Of a DNA stretch of 47,297 nt, positions 8,623 through 16,897 are shown one piece after another (position 1 is the stretch's first letter; every line of letters starts with the position of its first letter). The DNA is taken from assembly GCA_963840855.1 (NCBI GenBank), contig CAWJBB010000020.1, positions 1-47,297 on the forward strand. Direction: 5' to 3'. Under the pieces are notes generated by a model that did not search any database, had not been told where the DNA came from, and saw only the letters and a program-made list of their open reading frames with translations. The position numbers and the translations under genes were made by a program. The DNA is from an uncultured delta proteobacterium. Its GTDB lineage: Bacteria; Desulfobacterota; Binatia; UBA9968.

Positions 8623-10469
8623 AACGCATTCTGTTGATCGATTTATCGCAGGCGGTGAGAGAAACCGTCGCGCTGCTCTTGGCGGGAGATTACGAGCTCA
8701 TTCGGTGCGATTGCGCGCCGGAGAGTTTCTCATTGACGGATGCCGTCGCCGGCGTGGATCTGGTGATCGCCGGCGCCGGCCCTGTGGCATGGACGGCGGA
8801 GTTGGAGCGCTTGGCAGCGCGGGGCAAGTTGGGGGTGCTGTTCCTGGCTGAGTCCAACGCCGTCGCGGAATCTCTTGCCCGCGGCGAACGTCTGGGCTGT
8901 TTGGTTAAGCCGTTTACTCCTTATGATCTCAAGGCTGCGGTGGAGAGACTCCTAAACCGGACCTCCGTTAGCGCTCCAGCGCCCGCGGCGCCAGGCTCAT
9001 ATCTCGAATTTCCCTTTGTCAGCCGGCCGACGGCGCATCTGGCGCACCGGTTCACGCCAATTTCATTGCCGGTTCTGATCTGGGGCGAACTGGGTTGTGG
9101 GCAGGACCGGGTGGCGCGGGCACTGCTCGGCGGGGCGGCAAATATAAAAGCCGCGTTGCCGCTAAACGGAGTGGATGTCTGCGCCGATTATCTAAAGGAA
9201 AAGAGCTCCGAACTAACCGGGGAGCGGAGCGCAAGCGGCGCGCGGCCAGCCATCCTGATCGAAGGACTAGAGCGGTTGTCGCTATCCGGACAGTCGATGC
9301 TGCTCAATTTTCTCGACGAGGTTGAAGGATCCCATGGGCGGCTGATTTCGACCGCTAACGCGGATTTGTTGGAACGGGTCTACCGCCGCGATTTTTTGGA
9401 CCGGCTGTATTACAAGGTGGCGATACTCACGCTGCCGTTGGCGCCGCTGCGCGAGCGTCGCGCCGATATTCCCGCGTTGGCGCGCTGGTTCGCCGCAGCA
9501 CACGCAGCGGGCCTAGGGTTGGACAAGATCCGGTTTACGACTGCGGCGCTGGACCGGCTTTGTGATTATCTCTGGTTTGGCAACGTCAACGAAATTGACA
9601 TAGTGATCGCCCGGACATTGGCAATTCACCGCAAAGCGCGCGTTGACGCGGCGGATCTGGTCTTTGATGTCGCCGCGCTGAGCGATGCGGCGGGTTTAAG
9701 CGAATCCGGCGCGACGGTTGAGTCCGCGTCGAACGGTGCGGAAAAAACCACCGTGCCCCAGAGTTCATTGATCGCCATCGCCGATTCCCTTGAAGCCGGC
9801 GTGTCGAAGAGCGTTGCGGGCGGCGCCCCGGGTCTCCGTTTGTTAGTTCACGAGCTGGCCCATGAGCTGAAAAACCCGATGGTCACGATCAAGACCTTCG
9901 CGCAGCTGTTGGCCGAGCGTTACGACGACGCAAGCTTCAGGGCCCGTTTCCAAGACGTGGTTGACGGCGACATCGAGCGCATGGACGAACTATTGAAGGT
10001 GATGACTGAATTCGCCGGCTTCGATCAGCCGCGCAAGAATAGCGTCGCACTCAAAGAATATTTGCATGCGACGTTAAAAGCGATCCACGATGACTGCGCC
10101 AAGCGCCAGATCCGCGTGGGGTGGAAAGGAAACGGGCAGGGCGTTAAAATCATGGCCGATGCCGCCCAGTTGCAGTACGCCCTTAAGAACACCATGCTCG
10201 CGGTTTTGTCCCAGACCCAGATGGGTAGCGAGATAGAGCTGGCACTGGGCAAGCGGGGCTCTCTTACCATATCGTATCTCCGGGAAGGCGAGCGGATTCG
10301 GTCCTTGGCCAATTATCTCAGCGATGCCTCCGGTCCGGAGACGGAAAACATCATACCCCTGCGCATCATGCTGGCGCGGGAGATCGTTGAACGCAGCGGC
10401 GGACGGTTCGGCATGGATCAGACTGACGGTGACCGTGAAGTCGTGACGATGGAGTTTCCGGTTGTCTAG
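8619..10469 (+). CDS. degenerate REC - sigma54 AAA+ - HisKA(DHp) fusion protein
   Basis: REC-like start with KPF but no phospho-Asp; GELGCGQD, PLRERRADI, WFGNVNE; AHELKNP; ATGA overlap with the kinase. Confidence 0.8.
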   Translation: MKRILLIDLSQAVRETVALLLAGDYELIRCDCAPESFSLTDAVAGVDLVIAGAGPVAWTAELERLAARGKLGVLFLAESNAVAESLARGERLGCLVKPFTPYDLKAAVERLLNRTSVSAPAPAAPGSYLEFPFVSRPTAHLAHRFTPISLPVLIWGELGCGQDRVARALLGGAANIKAALPLNGVDVCADYLKEKSSELTGERSASGARPAILIEGLERLSLSGQSMLLNFLDEVEGSHGRLISTANADLLERVYRRDFLDRLYYKVAILTLPLAPLRERRADIPALARWFAAAHAAGLGLDKIRFTTAALDRLCDYLWFGNVNEIDIVIARTLAIHRKARVDAADLVFDVAALSDAAGLSESGATVESASNGAEKTTVPQSSLIAIADSLEAGVSKSVAGGAPGLRLLVHELAHELKNPMVTIKTFAQLLAERYDDASFRARFQDVVDGDIERMDELLKVMTEFAGFDQPRKNSVALKEYLHATLKAIHDDCAKRQIRVGWKGNGQGVKIMADAAQLQYALKNTMLAVLSQTQMGSEIELALGKRGSLTISYLREGERIRSLANYLSDASGPETENIIPLRIMLAREIVERSGGRFGMDQTDGDREVVTMEFPVV

Positions 10470-10488
10470 AAACGAAAAAAAACGCGAT

Positions 10489-11895
10489 ATGAACCAGCCG
10501 GTGATGCTGGTGGTCGATGACGAGGCCGGGGTGCGCCAATCTTTGCACCTGGTGTTCAACAAGACTTTCCGGGTCATCGAGGCGACGTCCGCGACTGACG
10601 CAATTCAGAAGGCCACGGATGAGCGTCCCGACGTGGTGCTACTGGATATCGTGATGCCGGGAACCGATGGTCTCGAGGTGCTGAAGCAGATGAGATCGGT
10701 TCAGCCGGACTGCCAGATCATCATGCTTTCCGCCCTGAACACGGCCCGCGCCGCCTTTACCGCCAAAGGCACGGGCGCGTTCGACTATGTGACCAAGCCC
10801 TTTGACGTCGAAGAACTGCGCATGCGCGTCGAGCGTGCCATGGAAAAAGTCGTATTGTCGCGGGAGGTCGAGCGCCTGAAAGAAGAAGTGGGGCGTAAGT
10901 ACGGCGTCGAGCACGTTATCGGAAAATCATCGAAGATCATCGACGTATTCAAGGCGGTCAGCATGGTGGCGGCGAAAAAAAGCACCGTGCTCATAACCGG
11001 CGAAAGCGGCACCGGTAAAGAACTGATCGCAAGGGCGATTCATTACAACAGTGACCGCCGCTCCAAGCCGTTCGTGGTGGTCAATTGCGCCGCTTTGCCC
11101 GACACGCTTATCGAAAGCGAGCTGTTTGGTTACGAGAAGGGAGCGTTTACCAACGCGGCGCAAAAGAAAGTCGGCCGCTTCGAGCTGGCGCATAGTGGAA
11201 CAATTTTCCTCGATGAAATTGGCGAGCTCGACCTGGGCACTCAGTCCAAGTTGTTGCGCGCGGTTGAACAAGAGACCTTTACGCGGCTCGGCGGCACCGA
11301 TGAAATCAAAGTCGACGTGCGCGTCATTGCCGCTAGCAACAGGGACCTGGAATCCTTGGCTAAAGCGGGGGAGTTTCGCCTTGATCTCTTCTACCGGTTG
11401 AACGTCGTTTCGCTGTTCCTGCCGCCGTTGCGGGAGCGCCGCGATGATATCTCGCTGCTGCTGGACCATTTTCTCCGGCTAAAGGCGCAGGAGCATTCCA
11501 TCGCTGCCAAGACATTGTCCCCCGAGGTCGTCGATTTCTGTTATTCTTACGGCTGGCCGGGAAATGTCCGCGAGCTTGAAAATCTGATCGAGCGTCTGAC
11601 TATTCTTACCCCCCACGATACGGTAGCCTTGCGTGACCTGCCGGCGAGTATGCGCGCTAGCGATCAAACGGCAGTCGTCAAGGAAGATGTATTGAGCGGA
11701 GAGCGTGCCCTGGGCGACGCGGTGGATGAGTTCGAGCGGGAATTGATCGTGAAGGCGCTTCAGCGAACGGGCTTCAACCAGACCAAGGCCGCGATGCTGC
11801 TCGGGACCAGCAGGCGGATACTCAAATACCGCATCGAAAAGCTCAAAATCACCGAAACTGGCCAGCTGCAGGAAGAGCAAAAACTTTCAAACTAG
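10489..11895 (+). CDS. NtrC/AtoC-family sigma54-dependent response regulator
   Basis: VVDDE, LLDIVMP, GESGTGKE, GAFTNA, FLDEIGEL, WPGNVRELEN, Fis-type HTH NQTKAAMLLG. Confidence 0.95.
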   Translation: MNQPVMLVVDDEAGVRQSLHLVFNKTFRVIEATSATDAIQKATDERPDVVLLDIVMPGTDGLEVLKQMRSVQPDCQIIMLSALNTARAAFTAKGTGAFDYVTKPFDVEELRMRVERAMEKVVLSREVERLKEEVGRKYGVEHVIGKSSKIIDVFKAVSMVAAKKSTVLITGESGTGKELIARAIHYNSDRRSKPFVVVNCAALPDTLIESELFGYEKGAFTNAAQKKVGRFELAHSGTIFLDEIGELDLGTQSKLLRAVEQETFTRLGGTDEIKVDVRVIAASNRDLESLAKAGEFRLDLFYRLNVVSLFLPPLRERRDDISLLLDHFLRLKAQEHSIAAKTLSPEVVDFCYSYGWPGNVRELENLIERLTILTPHDTVALRDLPASMRASDQTAVVKEDVLSGERALGDAVDEFERELIVKALQRTGFNQTKAAMLLGTSRRILKYRIEKLKITETGQLQEEQKLSN

Positions 11896-12037
11896 CAGAG
11901 CGCCCGGCGAGGGGCGAACTTCCCGGTTTGAGGCCGGTGACGAGTGAGTTCACAAAATTGTCCCAACACGCCCTATTCGTTCCCTTCCCTCGAGCAAAAT
12001 TTTGTTATAATTTAAAGTCTTAGAAATCAAGGTTCGG

Positions 12038-12053
12038 TGGCATAGGCGTTGCT
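12038..12053 (+). promoter_or_regulatory. candidate sigma54 (-24/-12) promoter
   Basis: TGGCATAGGCGTTGCT, preceded by an AT-rich tract at about 11995-12030. Confidence 0.55.
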
Positions 12054-12069
12054 GAGGCATAGAAAGCGA

Positions 12070-13191
12070 ATGGACGACAATAGACCGCATATCTTAATCG
12101 TCGATGACGAGATCGGGCCGCGCGAATCGCTCAAGATGATTCTCAACCCCATTTACAACGTGCATGTCGCCGAACGCGGATCCCAAGCCGTGGAGATGCT
12201 CGAGAAATTTCCGGTGGAACTGGTCACGCTAGACTTGAAGATGCCCGGTATGACCGGCATCAACGTCCTGGAGAAAATCAAGCAGCGTGACCCGGACATC
12301 GAGGCGATCATCATTACGGGTTATGGTTCTCTTGACACCGCCATCGAGGGGCTGCGGCTCGGCGCCTTCGACTACATTGCAAAACCCTTCGATGTCCATC
12401 ACATCCTTTCCCTCGTCGAGCGTGGCCTGGAGCGGCGGCGTTCCCGGAGGAGACTCAAAAACGTTAGATCCGACTTCATATCGACGGTTTCACACGAACT
12501 GAGGACGCCTCTGAGCGTCATTGTCGGTTTCGTCCATCTTTTGCTCAATCAAGTCCTCGGCAGGCTCACCGACGAGCAACACAAAGTCCTGGAAACCGTC
12601 TACCGCAACTCCGAGGAATTACTGGAGCTGATTGACAATGTCTTGTGGATGACTTCACTCAACGCCGGAGATACGGAGGATGTCAGCGATGAATTCGATG
12701 TCAGAAGCATTGTCCGGGAGGCAATCCAGCGCCATGAAGGAGTGATCAGCGAGAAGAAACTCACGCTGAGCACCGAGATGCCGGAGACTGTAGTGGTCAT
12801 CGCCAGCGACCGCTTGAAGGTCGAGCGGATTTTTCAGAATGTCTTCAATAACGCCGTCAAGTTTACCGACAAGGGGTCCCTAAGAGTAACAGCGTGCCCC
12901 AGCGCCGACCCGGCCGGCGTTGAATTGGTGGTGGCCGATACCGGCGTTGGTATCGAGAAGAGCAGACTGGCTTCGGTTTTCGAGCCGTTTCAACAGGTGG
13001 AAGGCGCCCTGGTGCGGGCGTGCACGGGCCTAGGGTTGGGGCTAACCGTGGCGAGCCGGCTGGCCGGAGTGCTCGGCGGGACATTGGAAATCGAGAGTGA
13101 ACTCGGCGTCGGCACTACGGTCAAAATAAAACTTCCCTTGCGCAAGAATGGCGCGAAGACCGCCGTGGCGACGGAGCGCCGCTATGGATAA
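12070..13191 (+). CDS. cytoplasmic hybrid REC-histidine kinase
   Basis: IVDDE/LDLKMPG receiver, SHELRTPL, NNAVKFT, DTGVGI, GLGLGL. Confidence 0.92.
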   Translation: MDDNRPHILIVDDEIGPRESLKMILNPIYNVHVAERGSQAVEMLEKFPVELVTLDLKMPGMTGINVLEKIKQRDPDIEAIIITGYGSLDTAIEGLRLGAFDYIAKPFDVHHILSLVERGLERRRSRRRLKNVRSDFISTVSHELRTPLSVIVGFVHLLLNQVLGRLTDEQHKVLETVYRNSEELLELIDNVLWMTSLNAGDTEDVSDEFDVRSIVREAIQRHEGVISEKKLTLSTEMPETVVVIASDRLKVERIFQNVFNNAVKFTDKGSLRVTACPSADPAGVELVVADTGVGIEKSRLASVFEPFQQVEGALVRACTGLGLGLTVASRLAGVLGGTLEIESELGVGTTVKIKLPLRKNGAKTAVATERRYG

Positions 13192-13891
13192 CGGCAAATT
13201 CATCCATTGCCGCAACTGCGGCGCAGTGCATCACGTCACCGTTTTAGACAAAGCGCCAAAATATTCTGTCGTCGCCGGCGATACGCGAGAAACCCCCGCC
13301 GATGACTGGCGCGTGTTTATGAACCGGCACGCAGGGCACGGATTGGAAGCGCTGAAAGCCCTCGGCGCACTATATTTCCCCGAAGGATCGGCGGCGGATC
13401 CGATGGCCGTTGGGTATCTCAAAGTAACTAATGGTCATCGGGAATATCTCCTGCGCCGCTCGCGCCGGAGCATCGGCGAGCCGCTCAGATTCGAATGCAT
13501 CGAGGCGCGTTTTGGCGAGCCGATGGTGGCTCTCGAAATTCAGGAGCGCGAGATTCGTAAGGAGCTAAAACTGCGCTTTCGCTGGGATAGCGGCCAAGCG
13601 TTGAGCGACGCGCAAATCGATCTCTTCATCGCGCTGTGGCGCGACGCCGCCAGGCAAGTCGACGCGCGCGGCGTAACCGCCACCGAGCCCTCATACGTGA
13701 ATCACAACATCTCCTACGCGGCGCTGGAGGCGCCCATCAAAGATTGCTTGCTCAAACAGTGTGCCGGCCATTTTACTCCCGGCGAAGTGGCGGCATTGCG
13801 CCGCTTCGTCGAAGCTCACAGCGGCGGCTCGGACGTGATGACACTGTTGCTGCGCCGCCAAGTTCCCATTGAAGAACGGATCAGAGGATAG
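13184..13891 (+). CDS. hypothetical protein with N-terminal CxxC and HxxH
   Basis: ATG overlaps the kinase stop; CRNC and HAGH motifs; 235 aa. Confidence 0.7.
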   Translation: MDNGKFIHCRNCGAVHHVTVLDKAPKYSVVAGDTRETPADDWRVFMNRHAGHGLEALKALGALYFPEGSAADPMAVGYLKVTNGHREYLLRRSRRSIGEPLRFECIEARFGEPMVALEIQEREIRKELKLRFRWDSGQALSDAQIDLFIALWRDAARQVDARGVTATEPSYVNHNISYAALEAPIKDCLLKQCAGHFTPGEVAALRRFVEAHSGGSDVMTLLLRRQVPIEERIRG

Positions 13892-13932
13892 CGCGGCATT
13901 TTATCCGGGTGAGTCGCGTATTAAACGGCGGC

Positions 13933-15038
13933 TCAGGTTGCTTCGCGTTGCGCCGGCACAATGACCACGTCGTCCGGGTCGAACGTTAAAGCGACCTCAG
14001 CGCCGGCTTCGAAGAGCGCTTTGCCTTTGGGGTTATGAGCGCGGGCTTTCCAAGCCTTGCCCAACGCCGTGATTTCATACTCGACATAGGAACCCTGATA
14101 AGCGGAGGCGGCGAGCCGGCCCTGGATCGCGTTACGCGCCCGGGAGCCGCGCCAGCGGCGCTGATCTCGATTGCTTCGGGACGAACGCTGAGAAAGACGC
14201 GGTCACCGATCTGCGCGGGCGCCGCGGAGTTCGGCAGAGCGGCGCGCACGATAACGGCGCCGCCGCAATCGACGTCGAACCATTGGCCCGACAGGCTCAC
14301 GATTTTCCCCGAAAGCAAATTCGACTCGCCGACGAAAGCGGCGACGAATTCATTGATCGGTTGTTCGTAGATTTCTTGCGGCGTGCCTTCCTGCACCACT
14401 TGCCCGCGGCTCATCACCGCGACGCGGGTGGACATGGCGAGCGCTTCTTCCTGGTCGTGGGTGACGTAGATCGTCGTTAGCCCAAGACCGCGCTGCAGCT
14501 TCAGGAGTTCGAGGCGCATATCGGTGCGCAATTTCGCGTCGAGATTGCTTAGCGGCTCGTCGAGGAGCAACGCTCGGGGTTGAATGACCAGCGTCCGCGC
14601 CAAAGCAACGCGTTGTTGTTGGCCGCCGGAGAGTTGCGAAGGTCGGCGGTTTTCCGTGCCTTCAAGATCGACCTGCGCCAGCGCCTCCATGACCCTTCTT
14701 TGCAGTTCGCCCCGCGGGACCCTGCGTTCTTTGAGGCCGAAGGCAATATTTTCGAAGACCGTCATATGCGGCCACAAAGCGTAATTCTGGAACACCATGC
14801 CGACGCCGCGGCGCCAGGGAGGGATATGGTTAACGGCCTCGCCGTCGAGAAACAGCGTTCCCTCATCCGGCGTCACGAAGCCGGCGATAATCCGCAATAG
14901 CGTAGTCTTGCCGCAGCCGCTGGGTCCGAGGAAAGTGTAGAACTCGCCGCGCTGAATATGCAAAGTCACGCCGCGGGCCGCCCACTGATCGCCGTAACAT
15001 TTCCCGACTTTTTCCAGTCTAACTTCCGCTGCTTGCAT
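13933..15038 (-). CDS. ABC transporter ATP-binding protein (PotA/FbpC type), frameshifted near 14135
   Basis: GPSGCGKT, LSGGQQQR, LLLDEP; TOBE-like C-terminus (YQGSYVEYEI...FDPDDVVIV) continues in another frame to a TGA at 13933. Confidence 0.88.
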
Positions 15039-15040
15039 CT

Positions 15041-16747
15041 TTAGATTCTAAAAGCGTTGCCCAAGCGGCCGCCGAATATCCGATGCGTGAGGTAGGTTCC
15101 CAGCGAAACCAACAGGATGGCGACCACGCCGAGAGCCGCGCCCGCGCCGCGCCCCAGCGGGCTTTGCATGTAAAGATAGATGCCGTAGGAAATCGGCCCC
15201 AGCTCGATGCGCGGCACCAACATGATGGTTGAGGCGAGTTCAACGCATGAAGTGACGAAGGCGATGAGCCCGCCGGCGACTAAACCGCCGGAGATCATGG
15301 GTAACGTAATGCGCGCGAATGTCCGCAGCCGGTTGGCGCCGAGATTTTGCGCCGATTCTTCCAAGCTAACATGAACCTGCTGCAGGGCGGCGTAGCAGGC
15401 GCGCACCGTGTAGGGCAGGCGGCGCATCGTATAAGCGACCACCAGGATCCACCACGAGGAGGTCAACGGCGCGCCGACGCCCGGAAAATCCCAGCCGTGA
15501 AAAACCCGCAGATAACCGACGGCGAGCACGACGCCGGGCACGGCCAGCGGTATGGTGGCCACGGCATCGAGGAAATTTCGGCCCGGCACGCGGCTGCGCA
15601 ATAGGAGAAAAGCGATGGCCGCGCCGAGGACGATATCCAAAGAGGCGGCCAGCAGCGTGTAGACCAGCGTGTTGACCACGAAGTGCGGCGCTCTAAAAAG
15701 AATCTCCGCGTAATTGCTCAGGGTGTAAGTCGTCGGCAAGAGCGAAAAGCTCCAAACCTTCGTGAATGACAGCAGGACAATGCCGATGTGCGGCAATAAG
15801 CTCACGCCCAAGATGACCGCGATGGCGAGCCAGGCCAGCAAGAGTTGTCCGCCTTGAAGTTGGCGCGCAACCGGGGCGCCTCTTTGAACCGTCGCGTACT
15901 CGGCAAGACTCAGATATTTTCGGGCAGCTAGGAGCGCCGCCAGCGATAAAACAACCAGCACCACGCAAACGACGTAGCCGTCCACGTCGTCGATGCCGAT
16001 GGTGGTGATGCGCAAGTAGGCCTGGGGCGCCAACAGATTCTTATAATTGAGCATCAACGGCGTGCCGAGATCGTCGATGGCCCGGATAAACGTTAACAGC
16101 GAGCCGGCGATGAATCCCGGCAGCATCAACGGCAGCGTCACGCGGTAAAAGAGTCTAAATCCATGACAGCCCAGATTTTGCGCCATTTCTTCCAGGGAAG
16201 AATCGATGTTGGACAACGATACTACCGTATTCAAAACAATGAACGGAAAAAAATGCAGGGTCTGGACCAGCACTACCCCAGTTAACCCTTCCATAAAGGG
16301 AATGGTAACGTCGAACCAGTCCATGAGCAGTAAATTGACCATACCGCTTCGCCCAAGAATCAGCTGCAACGCGACGGCGCCTACGAACGGCGGGATTACT
16401 AGCGGGAGCGTGGCGGCAGTTTGAAGCAAGACTTTGCCTCTAAAATCGAACCTCGCGAGTAGGTAGGCAAGGGGCAGCGCAAGCACGGCGCTGAAGCTTA
16501 CGACGAGTAAGCCGCTCCAAAGACTATTCCAAAGCGCTTCCCGGAAGAGCGGGCGGCGAAAGAAATTAGCGAAGTGCACGAGGGTCAGGCCGCCGTGATC
16601 ATCTAACAGGGAAATCCACAGGACCCGCAACACCGGATAAAGAATAAATGCCACCAGCACTGCAAGGAGGAGTGTCATGAGGCCTCCCTGCCACCAGTCG
16701 ACTTTATTATTAATCCTGGCCAAAAATATTGCCGAGAGTGCCGCCAT
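15041..16747 (-). CDS. Fe3+/sugar-phosphate-type ABC permease (FbpB/AfuB-like)
   Basis: Two EAA loops (LEEMAQNLG, LEESAQNLGA), about 12 TM. Confidence 0.9.
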   Translation of the reverse strand: MAALSAIFLARINNKVDWWQGGLMTLLLAVLVAFILYPVLRVLWISLLDDHGGLTLVHFANFFRRPLFREALWNSLWSGLLVVSFSAVLALPLAYLLARFDFRGKVLLQTAATLPLVIPPFVGAVALQLILGRSGMVNLLLMDWFDVTIPFMEGLTGVVLVQTLHFFPFIVLNTVVSLSNIDSSLEEMAQNLGCHGFRLFYRVTLPLMLPGFIAGSLLTFIRAIDDLGTPLMLNYKNLLAPQAYLRITTIGIDDVDGYVVCVVLVVLSLAALLAARKYLSLAEYATVQRGAPVARQLQGGQLLLAWLAIAVILGVSLLPHIGIVLLSFTKVWSFSLLPTTYTLSNYAEILFRAPHFVVNTLVYTLLAASLDIVLGAAIAFLLLRSRVPGRNFLDAVATIPLAVPGVVLAVGYLRVFHGWDFPGVGAPLTSSWWILVVAYTMRRLPYTVRACYAALQQVHVSLEESAQNLGANRLRTFARITLPMISGGLVAGGLIAFVTSCVELASTIMLVPRIELGPISYGIYLYMQSPLGRGAGAALGVVAILLVSLGTYLTHRIFGGRLGNAFRI

Positions 16748-16776
16748 TGCCCGAGGTACTACTCAGAAGTTCGCGT

Positions 16777-16893
16777 GTTCAAAGTTCAAGGTTCAAAGTT
16801 CAACGTGGCGCCTTCGGCGCGGTGCAAGGTTTCGCGTTCAAGGTCCAAGGTTGCGAAGTGGAGACGTTGAACCTTGAACTTTGAACGTTGAAC
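16777..16893. repeat. inverted arrays of 7-nt GTTCAAN / NTTGAAC repeats
   Basis: (GTTCAAA GTTCAAG GTTCAAA GTTCAAC)...(GTTGAAC CTTGAAC TTTGAAC GTTGAAC). Confidence 0.85.
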
Positions 16894-16897
16894 TTTG

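Noticed and set aside
6481-11895. PEP-CTERM PrsK/PrsR system
   Set aside because: Similar TM-GAF-kinase plus sigma54 layout, but no exosortase, PrsT-like TPR protein or EPS genes in the window
16777-16893. TTGAAC/GTTCAA repeats as a CRISPR array
   Set aside because: Units are 7-9 nt, tandem and inverted, with no 23-47 nt direct repeats separated by unique spacers and no cas genes
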